From positions 43,214,001 to 43,278,000 of the forward strand of contig OZ024741.1 of NCBI GenBank assembly GCA_964016885.1: a stretch of DNA of 64,000 nucleotides. The letters run 5' to 3'. Of the stretch, positions 27,238 to 39,789 are shown in pieces (positions within the stretch are counted from its first letter, which is position 1; each line of letters opens with the position of its first letter). Under the pieces are notes generated by a model. The model did no database searches, had not been told where the DNA came from, and saw only the letters and a program-made list of their open reading frames with translations. Made by a program: the position numbers and the translations under genes. Source of the stretch: Eledone cirrhosa. Lineage: Eukaryota.

Positions 27238-27684
27238 ACATACATCTGAAACATAGATATACAGTTGAACTATGCAATGACGGAAATAACGTAGAAGGTG
27301 GCATAAAGTATAACAGAGATTTAATCACCTGTTTACACAACGTGTAAATGGGGTTTTCTAGCTATTACATGCAGAAAATAGGCTTCACTGGCTTTAAATG
27401 TCCCCCACGCAATGGGAAGTTCACACTAACAAGGTGATTATTCTATAGGGATCGATCCAAAGGCATGATCTTTATAAAGATACACATTTATAATCATGTG
27501 TTCTAAAAAATAAAGCTCGAGCCTTTAAAAACAATTAAATAAATAATCTGTAAATGCCTTCTGCCTCTATAACCATTTCGATGTATGAAGTTTCCATCTC
27601 TAACGTGATTCTATCACCCATACACCTTTTCGATACTATAATAATGCCTAGCAATATACGTAAATATATACGTATATATATATG

Positions 27685-27719
<35 letters not shown>

Positions 27720-27724
<5 letters not shown>

Positions 27725-27923
27725 AACCAGTAAGACCCCGACAGCTGAGCTCAAGCCGTTTCGACGGCTAATTCTGGACTGAATGTCCAGAATTAGCCGT
27801 CGAAACGGCTTGAGCTCAGCTGTCGGGGTCTTACTGGTTCCTATTACCCACTCTACTACCTCAAGTATTGAGTACTTTGGTGCGTTATGGTCCACCTGGT
27901 TCCTTACCACATTTCCTTCGTTA
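27720..27923 (+). mobile_element. Fold-back mini-element family F1 (perfect copy)
   Basis: Perfect 60-bp arms at 27720-27779 and 27785-27844, 5-nt loop, ~80-bp tail, inside (TA)n. Confidence 0.9.
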
Positions 27924-27959
<36 letters not shown>

Positions 27960-28328
27960 TATGTATGTATATATATATATATATATATATACATTTAAAT
28001 ATATACATATATATATATCTATATATCTATACATATATACATACATATAACATATATATACATATAACATATATATAACATATATATACATATAACATAT
28101 ATATACATATATATACATACATATAACAATAATGATACTATTTATAGTTATGTATATACTATAAACAACTATAAACAAGAAAGGTCAGTAATTTATTACA
28201 ACCTTATTACCATTGTCAGCAATAACAGCATTTGAACATAACTTTGATAATTGTGTAATTTACATACATATATACATATTTACGTACATGTATATATGTG
28301 TGTGCGTGTGACAGCGCGCGTGTATGTG

Positions 28329-28404
<76 letters not shown>

Positions 28405-29199
28405 CATATATATATATACATGCACACACGCACACGTGTGTGTATGTATATATATATATACATATACACACGCACACACACACACGCACACACACATCGC
28501 GCGCGTAACACAACCCTCCCCACACTCACACACTCATATATATATGTATATAATTATATATATGGTGGATAGTGCGTGAGAATGTTTCTAATGCATTACA
28601 AATGTCTACGTATATGGTAAAATAAAGTGGCACATATTAGATAGAATCAAATTAGTGGAAAAAAGCAAATGTAATAAAGTGGTTATATAGGTTGCTGTCA
28701 TTTATAGACTGCATACATGCTTTGGAGGCGTTCCGAGTGTTTGTTTCGAACGTAAACTTTTAAACAAGAGACATATCTCTCTCTTGATATGAAATTGACG
28801 GCGTGTGTGCACGTATGTGTCCACTACTGATGCTAATATTTCAGCTACGAGATTCTGCTTGCAAGCTTAAACTATCAGGCGCAACATATACAAAAAGACA
28901 AAATCAAACTAAATTAAATGTATAAAGAAGAAAAGACTTCATTATATTTTAATTAATTTCAGTCATAATGGATGAAGAAACTATATCGCTGGAGCCCCTG
29001 GATGGCAATATTTATGATCTTTAGACCATGAAGTTAAAAGGATAACAGTCCCAAGCAGAATCACACGATCGCTGAACAGAATCGACTTCGGATTCAGTTA
29101 TCACGATCACCGGAAAAACAAGAACTGTCAAACACTCGATGAGGGCAGAATCAGTTATAGACGATAGAGTGGCGTTTAACATTTAAGGCAAAGGTAATT

Positions 29200-31200
29200 G
29201 GTAACACTCTGATGGAGGATTACATTGATTATTCAGAATTAGCAATTGGTGCCATGTCAAAGATATGTGATTTTGCAAAACAAAAACGTTTCATGTAGAA
29301 ATTGCCGTCTAGATCCAACTACGCCACTTAGATAACCCACTACAAAGAATGAATGCCTTATAATGATTCACGTCATTTTTATGAGACACAGTTTCAAATG
29401 ACGTCTTGTGTTCCTTAATATATGCCAATATTCCATATTAAGAACTGGCATCTTATCAAATAGAATCTTCTTTTTACCTTCCTAATCTTATAAGTTTTTC
29501 CAAATAAATTCTTGGAAAGCATCAACGAAAAAAATGTTGATTTATTATTTTGGGTTCACATGTTAGAACTAGAAAATTCGTCCCACTGAATTTTATTCTG
29601 GCCATACGATCCGGAATTACCGTTAAATTGCTGGAAGGAAGCAGAAAAGTGCATTCATTATTGAAACTGCCACTTAAACAGGCAGTAACATAAAACTCCA
29701 TGTACAACATGAAGTAAATGGATCTCCAAAAGTTTTGTCCAAATTTATTGTTCGGAAGGAGCATAGGATACCTCAAAAATTGCCATTGGAAACATTGAAG
29801 CCTACACTTCGTGATAACAAGAATAATGATGAACTATTTCGTAGCTTTACCGTTGTTATATCAAGAGAATTTCGGGAAATTAATCCCGTTATTTCCAGTA
29901 TAAGATGAGATACTGAATGTATCAAGTCATAGATTCCATGGAATTTTATAGAAGGTATACATTTACGACCTACATGAGAATACATTTACATGTCGACAAC
30001 TTGGTTAGAGCATTTGCAGCATCATTTCTCAAGATTAGAAATGGTCTCATTTAAAAACAATTGTCATTCCTGAGAGTTGTGGAAAAGGGATATCTGAATC
30101 GTAGTTACATAAAGGAAAACATGTGAAAGTGCTATTCCTATACCTAGAAATGTAATAGGTAATCTGGAATGCCAACACATACGAGGGTCGGCTGAATAAT
30201 TCATAGATTGACTATGAAGGAGTGATGCTAGAGCTGTAAAATCTTGCATGCATTAATTTTACCTCTTCTTATTAATAACTGCATTGTTTCTTTCCAGGGA
30301 CTATGTTGTAAAATAAATCTCATTTGGTTATTTCATGAGACTATTTTGGTCTGCCTAAGAGCTTTTCAGCCTATGAAGCTTTCAGCCGAACCTCGTCAAC
30401 TAAAACTCAGGTTGGGAAACCCATCATACTGTTATATTTATCTAGATCCACCAAACATGATTCGTTGTAACATTGATGTTTTCAAACCTTATAAAAGGAA
30501 TCATTATCTCTTAACCTGGGAAAGGAAAATATGTTTTCATATCAGAGATATAATCATATCTCCAAATCTTCCATACGAATTTAAAAGGGCTCAATTCTAC
30601 ACGAAGCCAGATTTTGCAATGTCAACTAACGAGTATCACTAATATTATTGCTGTGCTTAGATATGCATAAGCTTGCTTTTCGCATGGACAATATTAGGTT
30701 GGTTGCTCAAATTTTGATATCCAGTTAACTTGATATTTCTACTGAAGATAAAAAACCCAACAAAACAATGCTCATGCAACGGCACTTGAAACCCGTTGAT
30801 TTCCTTTAATAGTTTCTTTAAGGCTTTGTTTCATTCATCGAAGTTTAACTCCTTCAATTTAATTTTATTTAATTTTTTTATCATTTCTGGTTTAATTTTT
30901 GCATAACTTCGGTTTTGCATAATTTGATTCTGGATTTTTTTAGGTTTCTTATTTCATCTTTATTGCGTGTGCAATTACAAAACTCTAGCGTTTCAGGATT
31001 AATATCCATCTTCAGTGACGTTTACTTGCTTCGTACTAGGGCAAAAATATATTGCATCCCATAGATTTTTCGTATAAAACATTGGTTGGAGGATCACATT
31101 TGCATATGACGTAAGCTTGAGGGGCTGATGGAAATTAAACATAGCATCAATATATCCTGAATCATAATACACGTTGTTCTTCCACAAGTATTGAATATGT
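29200..31200 (-). pseudogene. Possible decayed Toll-like receptor / LRR gene
   Basis: Scattered motifs across frames: LKELNF, GFKCRC (LRR-CT-like), WHSR, PNNKFGQNFWRSI (TIR box 3-like), SSNLTVIP, LSKNLFGKLIRL, LDLDGN. Confidence 0.35.
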
Positions 31201-31699
31201 AAACGCCGTTGAAGTTAGATAGAAAAACTGAAACACCATTATTGAGGTATCTGTATCATTATCACTGCTAAAAAATCCCACAGTGGGAGTTTATAATACC
31301 TAAATATACAGTATCTGCAAAATCCATATAAAATATAGTTTACACTTGTCCTTTTAGCTAGTGTGTTCACTTCACTAAGAATGGATATCTATGCTGAAAC
31401 ATTGGAGTCTGTCTCACTAAGACATGCACAGAGGTAGTTGTGAGATGGTTACTGCTTTAAACAGCCATTATGTTTATTATACATAAATATAGAGTATATG
31501 GTTTGATATTTGCCGATAATAGGAATTAGGCAACGTTAGTACTACTGCTTTCACACACACACACACACATACATACACACACAAACATACACACAGATAT
31601 ATATATATTATATACATATATATATATATACTTATAAATGCAGACATAACTTTGGTAATTTTGATAGTTTTCGGCCAGTATTGGCCCAAGCCATGCCTA

Positions 31700-33420
31700 A
31701 CTAAATAGCACCAAATGGCGAAGTCTTTCAAATCAGTATTTGGACAACATGGCCAACTCAAGAAGAGAGTTATCGTTTATGTATGGAGACATATCCGGTG
31801 GTCGAGGTTTATCCAGGATTTCTTGAAGGAATTTGTCCAAAGGCCTTTTGAACTTTATCGGGTCTGTTCCTGTTTTAATGTATTTTGGTGTAATGTTAAA
31901 GAGAGCGGAACCAATTGAGGTGAAATAATTGTGTCGTAATGTTGTTATGAGATGCGAGTATGATTTTTGTTGTAAGCAGATAGTACGCGACCAAAGTCTT
32001 AGGTGTACTTTAAAGGTGATGCCAACATCATTTAGGCAATGTTAATGGAATATTTTCCACATGATCCAGATAATGTAGAGCTCGTGGCGGTATTGGAGAG
32101 AATAAAGTTTGAGCTTTATTAGTCGACCTCAATAGTCAAGGCCTGTCATGCCATCTATCCTTTTCGTGATTAACCTACTTGAGTGAGGTGTTTCAATTGT
32201 CATGATAATTTGTTCCGTGTGGGGAGACCACAGTGGACAATAATATTCAAGATGTGGTCGAGCAAAATCAGAGAAGAGAAGGATAATGGTGTGGATATCT
32301 CCCACGTGGAAAGTTCTGAGAATCCAGGAACACATGTCAACTTTGTTGTTTATATGGGTCGCCGAGCTTATGGTGTTGTCAACAATTACACCCAAGTCTC
32401 TGATGTTGTTGGATGCTACGAGAGCATCACCTTAAATAATGGAATATTGGAACTTCACTATATCTTTTTTTCCAAAGTCAAATTTATCCTCGTTCAGCAG
32501 CATATTGTTCTTTTCCACACATTGGATAACAGACAGTAGATCTGATTGAAGGGATGTCCGGACACCCACTTCATTGATGACCTTCTGGAACTTGGAATAA
32601 TCTGCAAAGATGTTGCTGTGCTTGATGACGTCAGTAACGTAATGTATATAGAAGATTATATAGAAGATTATATATGTATAAAGAAGATTATATAGATAAT
32701 GAAAGCAGTGCTTTGTGAAACGCAACTACTGACTTTGGTTGGGCTTGGTCTTACTTCTACTACCACGTGTTGGACTCTGTCTGTCAGAAAACATTTGATC
32801 CATTGAAATAACTTTCCAGAGACACCAATGATGGATGGCTTTTCAGTAGAATGTTCTGATGAACTCTGACAAAGGCCTTGCTGAAATTAAGGTAGATGAC
32901 ATCAGTGTTGGAGCCCTGTCCCAGGGGCTCTTACAATTTCATCAAAGTGATGAGGAGCCTCATTAGGTAGTCCCTTCCATTACGGAACCCATGTTGGTTG
33001 GAGTTCAGCAACCTGTTGCGTTCAAGGAAGTGAGTTATTCGTGATCTCACCAGCCTTTTAAATACCTTAATGATATGCAAGGTGAGTGATATCGGACGGT
33101 AGTTCCCAGCAAGTGACATGTTTCACTTTTTGAAAACTGGGCCAACAGACTGGGACAGAATGTCCTCAAGAATGTAAGAATAATGCAATGAGTTCCCCCG
33201 CAGATTTACACGAGGAGATGCTAGTTGGTGTCAACACACATTCAGGATACAAGAAGGGAACCTATCGGGGCCTACTGCTGAATTGTGTTTAATTTCGTTT
33301 ATTCCCGCTAAGATACCAGGGTCAACAAACGTTATATCCGATATAGTGTGTTGGGAATTAACATCACTGATACAGCGCAGATCGGCTATATAAGGATTGC
33401 TGAAAACAGACCACTTTGTT
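31700..33420 (-). mobile_element. CR1/L2-group LINE RT, degenerate
   Basis: AVGPD, NYRPISLT, NQHGFR, IYLNFSKAF, FAD(Y), RPHLEY..LWSPH. Confidence 0.85.
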
Positions 33421-33470
<50 letters not shown>

Positions 33471-33751
33471 GTAATAATAATAATAAAATAATAATAAGTA
33501 TTTCTTTATTAACCACAAGGGTTTACATAAAGTAGACATTAAGGACAGTGCAGGACAATAAAGGACGGTACAAATGGGCATTTCTGCGTGTAAAAAACAA
33601 AGACAGAGGATATAACAAAAAAATAACAATGAAAAAAATTCCCCAATAGGGGGGAGACTTCGGAGGGACATTTGTGGAGAAAGCCCAGTAAAAGGCCACA
33701 GTGACCCTGACCACCAAGGCAAGTGCCCTCTCCCAGTTTTCCACCTTTAAT

Positions 33752-36700
33752 TTACAGATATATACTCAGAGTATGTAATAAATATCGGGCCATTCTTGCT
33801 TCTCTCACCCATCTTTCAACAAAATGCTGGGAAGAGAGCACTTCCCTCTCTACTCTGATTTTCCTTTTCAAATGAAATTTGAAAAAGTCAATCAGAGCAT
33901 CACCGAAGAGGTAAGTGCTCGTCTTCAGCCCTTTCAAACGTGTCAACCATACTATCTCTTTCGCCATGGCCACCAGACAGATAAAAACTGCCTGCCTGCC
34001 CTTCCCGGCTAAAGGATGAGGGCGGGGAAATCCCCACGATGGAGTCAGCTGATAGCCGGATCTGTCCCACACGCGACAGCAGGTGTTCGACATAAACCCA
34101 CAAGTCAGCAATGCTCGGACACTGGACGAGTGCGTGCAGGACGGTTTCGTCGCCCTGCGCGCATCTCGGACAGGCCCGGCTGACAGCACCTCCATGCCTG
34201 TAGAGTTTATCCCGAACTGGCAAGGCTCCTCGGTAGCACTGCCAGGCCAGAGATTTCTGGAAGTTGTCCATAGGCCCTGGCCCGAAAGTTCTTCCGAAGA
34301 GATTGGCTAGTTGATTTTCGTCGACGCCTAGAGTTTCCCCAAGTACGTCGTCGCTCTTCCCCTCCACTAATCCTCTATAGAACGCCGAGGTGGAGTTTCC
34401 ACCGATCACATTGCCCGATTGGTCGAGGGCTGTGAGCGCTTGAAGACATTCCAGTCTCCAGGCGCTCCCTCTCTGTCTTCGCTTGACCCAGAACTGCAGC
34501 TCCGTCAAGGAAACGAGATGGGGAAATACGTGTCTAGCAAACGGCGACCACACCTGATCACCGTCGAGGAAGAGGTGGAGATGTCGTAGCGTGAGCGCGT
34601 GCCTGCACATCATCAGCCACGGAATGCCCAGCCCTCCACGTAGCGGGTGTTGACAACAGATGGACGGCCTGACCATCGGATCGCGTCCCTTCCACAAAAA
34701 GCGAAAGAGCAAACGCTCCAGCACAGTCAGGCGAGGCTTAGGACAAGGTATGATGGTCAGGCGGTAGCAGATGACAGACGCGATGTACGTGTTAGCCACC
34801 TCCGCTCGACCTTTCAGGGATAGCTTCCTCTCCACCCATTTCTGGGTGAGAGAAGCCACCCTGCTCGTAACCTCGTCCCAGTTTTTGTCCGTCTGGAGGT
34901 CCGGACCAAAACCAGACCCCTAGCAATTTAACCGGTCCGTCCGTCCAGCGTCCGACGACGCTGTTGGACGGCTTGGACCTGCCTCTCCAGGTGCCGGGCT
35001 GCAGGCTCACTGACTTTTCCTGGTTGATCATTGCTCCTGTCACCGCTTCGTATTCTCTTAGTGTAGTGCCGATCGCCTCGATGTGTTTGGCGTTCGACAC
35101 CACTACGGTGATATCGTCCGCATATGCTGACACGGATCTTCCGCATCCTAGTTTGCGCTGGACGCCCCTCAACGTCTCCAGTGTGTGCAGTAATGGCTCG
35201 AGAGTCAATACGTACAAGAGGGACGAGAGGGGACATCCTTGGCGGACTGAGCGCATGATGTTGAACGGTTCCGAAAGGTGACCGTTCACTCTCACCACAG
35301 AGCAGATGTCGCTGTGCATGGCAGCGATCCAGCCTCTGAAGACGGGCCCAAAGCCAGCCGCCCTCAGGACTGCCGCTAGGTAACGATGGTCGACCCTATC
35401 GAAAGCTTTCGACTGTTCTAAATTGATCGAGGACCCACCCGTGCCAGGTTCCCTAGCTACCCTCTCTACGATGTATCGCATGAGGTGGAGGTTGTCGTGG
35501 ATGGATCTGTCGGGAATGGCGCATGTCTGCGCCTCTCCCACCAGACCACCAACGACAAGCGCCAACCTCTTTGCTATCACCTTCGCCAAAATCTTGAACT
35601 CTGTGTTTAGCAGAGTTATGGGCCGGAAATTATCTAACTTATTCCCCTTGTTCGGATCCTTTCTCAGCAGTGCCACCGCTCCTCGGCTCACAGAACTGGG
35701 AATTCTCCCGTTCTGTTGCCAGTTGCAGTAGACGTCCGCCAAGAGGCCCCCGAACAAGTCTGGCATCTGTACGTAAAGTTCATAGGGCAGACCATCCAAA
35801 CCAGGCGATTTACCCCTTGTGCAGCCAGTCATTGCCTCCCTTACTTCAGTGGCTGTTATCGACTTTTCGCAACACCTCGCCTCAGTGGCCGAGAGCCGCG
35901 GCAGTCCGTCGAGGTAGACACAACGGTCCATCCCTCGACCCGGCCCACCGCTGTCCCCGAACAGCTGAGCGAAGTGTCGCTGAAAAGCTTCACACATTTG
36001 CCCGGGATCGCGTAGCATGCGACCGTCGTGGTCCACCAAAGACCGGATCGTGGCTTTGTTGCCACGACGTGCCTCCGCCACTCGGGCCCATTGAACGGCT
36101 TTCGTCTCCTCGTGTCTGAGAGCACGCACCCTTGCTCTGACAACGCAGCCTTCGTGCTTTGCATTGAAGAATTGATCAAGGGCCAATTTCGCCGCAAGCA
36201 CGTCGGTCGCAATGCCTTTGCTAAGCGCCTCGTCTAATTTTCTAACAAGTTCTCCCTCTGCTCTATTTTTCTCTATTGCTAAAGCCTTACTAAACCTAAT
36301 CGATTCTATTCTAATCGCTCTTTTCAGAGCAAACCACCACTTGTTGTTGACGATGGCCCCCGTCAACGCCCGCTTAACTAGTTCGCTAATCCGGTCTCTG
36401 TAGGCCTTGCGAGCTGGTAAGGACGCGTTTAGCTTCCAGTAGCCTGGTCCTCGTCTATGAAGCCTATCTAAGTGAAGCACACAGATCACGAATTTGAGGT
36501 CCGTGTAGCTGACTATCTTGAATTGTGGACAGCCTATGCTAGACCTATCTATTTCCCTACAAAATACTCTATCTAGATATGATCTGGATGACCCTATTCG
36601 ATTTGTCCAAGTCCACATTGGCACATTCGGGAAATCCAATCGGTACCTGTCCGACAGTTCAAAACGCCTGAGCAGGTTGGTGAGGCTCTTGCACCCTCCA

Positions 36701-37176
36701 CCCTTATCCGCTAATCCCACACAGTCCCAGCGTGCATCTAAGATCCCGTTCCAGTCGCCCACTAACACTAAAGAGCGGGACGTTCCAAGAAAGGTCTCCA
36801 GACGCCGGAAGAAATCAGGCCGCCCTGCTCCTGTCGGGGCATAGACGGCCACTAGCCTGAAAGCTTGCCCGTCTCCGCTGGTCACATCCAGCACCACCAA
36901 CTTACCCTCTGGGTCCAGGAAGATGGCCCGTATGGCGAGATCCAAACCTCTCCGAAAAAGCACAGCAACTCCTGCCCCCGATCCAGGACGGCTGGGAGAT
37001 GCGTACACATCGTAGCCGCCGAAGATCGGTGCGAAGGCCCGTGCTTCGGAGATTCTGGTCTCGCTGATGGCCACTACATCTATGTTTAGTGACCTGGGGT
37101 CGTTGAGCAGGTGACCCTGCTTCCATGACGAACCCAAGCCACGCGAATTTATGCTGCCTATTTTGAGTGAGGTCAT
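33752..37176 (-). pseudogene. Tx1 ORF2: APE endonuclease, RT and zinc finger (frameshifts near 34900 and 34000)
   Basis: SINSRGL, ISET, VYAP, GDWN, SYLD, WKLN, KSPGLDG, FRPITLLN, KAFD, QGCPLS, YADD, CPRC..ET..H..C. Confidence 0.92.
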
Positions 37177-37295
37177 GTTTAAAATAGAGTGGAAATGATG
37201 GGAAAGACCACTTACAGTACTTTTCGTAGAGGAGGGATGGTTTTTCCATTCCTTTTCACTTGATCGTCTGGTGAAGGGACCGTTGAATCGTCCCT

Positions 37296-39349
37296 TCAGC
37301 TGGTCGTCGGCTCTTCTATGAGTATGTCCGAATATACTCTTCGGTTGATAGTTCCTCCTAGGTCTCTGAAATCACCAATTGCGTTGGGGAATTTCGTTTT
37401 AATGTTTGTGTATTGTTTCTGTGCTATTTTTAGCAGTCTTATGTTAGTTGGCGTTTTGATTGGTGCTGGTATTATGTAGTCGTGTTGTGAAATGTCTGTG
37501 TGTTCAATTATGTAAGTCATTAGTTTCTTGTTGTGTGTATTTATTGCCGTGCATTTGTTTTTCTGGGGGTGGGGTTGGTTCTGCTATCTTCTTGTCGTTG
37601 TTGCTGGGTGTGTGTGTTTTGTTGTTGTGTTTGCGATGTTGGTGCTTGTGGTGGTGGTGTTGAAGGTGTTGTTGGCGGTGGGGTTATCGCCGGTGGTGAT
37701 GGTGGTGCTAGTGTGGGTGGTGATGGTGTTGGTGGTGTTGCTGCTGTGAGTCTCTTTGCAGTAGACTTTACTCTTTTTTCATTTCTTTCCTCCCTTTTCA
37801 AAGGCGATGATGCGGTGCTTCTGCGTTTGTGCCTTCTTACGACCTTTTGCCATCCCTCTCCCACCTCACACTCCATGTCTGATTCTGTGATGTCGGGGGG
37901 GGGGGGGGCAGCTCCACTCTTTCACTTGTTGTTGTTGGTGATGTTTGCACTGGAGTCTCTGTTGCAGTTGCATTTGGTATTGCTGTTGTTGTTGTTAATA
38001 TTTCCACTACTGCTGCTGTTTTTGATTTCCGTGGCGTGGGTATGGGTGCCACGGATCTATCGTTCCTGGTTGCTGCTTGTCCTGTTGCTGGTAGCCGTGG
38101 AGCCGGTTTCGGAAGGAGGTGGGTTTTCTCCTTTCTCAGGGTCTTCTCGTTGCAGAAAGCCCTGAGGTGAGTCTTCGATCCACAGCGAAAGCATTTCGTG
38201 TGGTTGCCCTCAACACTTATGGGTAGTTGAGTACCGTTATCGAAGTCTATCACATCCGGGATAGCTTCGATGCTCTCCTGGTTGGTTTGGATTAACATCT
38301 CAATGGAGGTGCCGACCCAATCTTCTCTTACTTTTTTCTGTACTTGCAGTACAGTTGTTTTGTCCTCGATTCCGATGAGGACAGACGCGGCCAGCCAAGA
38401 AGGGGCCATTCCGGGGGGAACGTGGGTCAGTTTGACCCTCACAATTTCTTGCCCGCAGTAGGAGGGCACCAACACCATTTCCTGGCTCCTTAGGGTCACT
38501 AAGAATTGAGCCTTTGCCTCCTGGGGTGTGGCAAAAAGCACGTCTACAGTGGCATATTTCTTGCCTCGGGTGATGTGCGTTTTCCGCTGCCACACAGACC
38601 CCAAGGCTTTTTGTATTTGAGACTCTGTGGCTCTTTCAACCCTACGGGATTTTGTGCTTATTGTACGGTACGTGACCGTACAGTGCTGTTTGGTTTCGAA
38701 AAATGTTTCGGCTGCCTTGCAGATTGCTCGGTGTCCGGTTTTCGTCACCATCTTGTTCGCTTCCTCTAATTCCTCATTTGTTATGAGGATGGTTTCCAGG
38801 TTCTTTGCGATACCTGCAAACGAGATTGGTTTTTCTTTGTGGCTGTTGTGTTGTTGTTGTTGTCGTCAGAGCTGCTGTTACTTTTGTTGTTGCTGCAGTT
38901 ACTACGACTACTGCCGTCGCTGCTGTTGCTGTGGTTGTTGTTGTTGCTGCTGCTGCTGTTGTTGTCTTTCTGTTGCTGCTAATGCTGTTGTTGTTTATGC
39001 TGCTGCTGAAGCTGTTGCGGCTGCTACTGTTGTTTTCCTTGTCACTGTTGCTGCTGCTGCTGTTATTACGACTGCTACTGCTATTATTCCTGACGTCAGA
39101 CGAATGAAATGGGTTTTCGTATTTCACGCACACCTTTTTCGTCGTTGTCGTCGTCGTCGTGGAGAAATCTTGCACGCTTTGCACGTGATTTTTCTTTTCT
39201 GGCGTCGCTTGCGAAAGAGAAGGGAGGGAGAGAGACACATTTAGAGAAGGGAGGGAGAGAGACAATCTTCTCTCTGCTGTAGTGACGATTGAGGAAGAAG
39301 AAGACGGAATGAGTGGGAGTGACCTATGAAAATTCTTTTTCGTGGCCAT
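37296..39349 (-). pseudogene. Tx1 ORF1 (gag-like), frameshifted
   Basis: MATKKNF start, low-complexity N-terminus, CCHC knuckle CFRCGSKTHLRAFC, Pro/Thr-rich C-terminus. Confidence 0.75.
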
Positions 39350-39584
39350 GTTGTTTTTTTGTTTAAAATAAATATTGGGCACAAAACCCCAATAAGCGAT
39401 TATTTAACCCCGAAGGGCCAAGTAACGGGCAGAAAGACCCCTCTCGCGAGGAGGGGGGGGGGGTGTTTTTGTCTACAATTTGGTTAAAGTTTTAAACAAT
39501 TTACAATTGTTATAGCGTTCAAAATTTACAATACCTTACAGAGCCGAGCCTCCGTCAACCATAGCATTCAATAATAATAATAAT

Positions 39585-39765
39585 AATTGTTTGTACTTTA
39601 GGCTCAAGGCCAACAATTACCCAGTGCATTACTGGTACTTTATTTTATCGACCCCGTAAGGATGAAAGGCAAAGTCAACCTCGGCGGGAATTGAACTCAG
39701 ATCGTAAAGGGACATAACTATGCTGGAAAGCATAGCGTCCGATCCTCTAGCGATACTACCAATCC
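39585..39765 (-). mobile_element. Full-length SINE
   Basis: Matches the SINE consensus; flanked by (AAT)n. Confidence 0.88.
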
Positions 39766-39789
39766 AATACTAATAATAATAATAATATT

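Larger units (their letters stand above)
33470..39570 (-). mobile_element. Near full-length Tx1/L1-clade LINE
   Basis: ORF1 and ORF2 present; AATAAA then an (ATT)n tail; (AAT)n also at the 5' flank. Confidence 0.9.
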
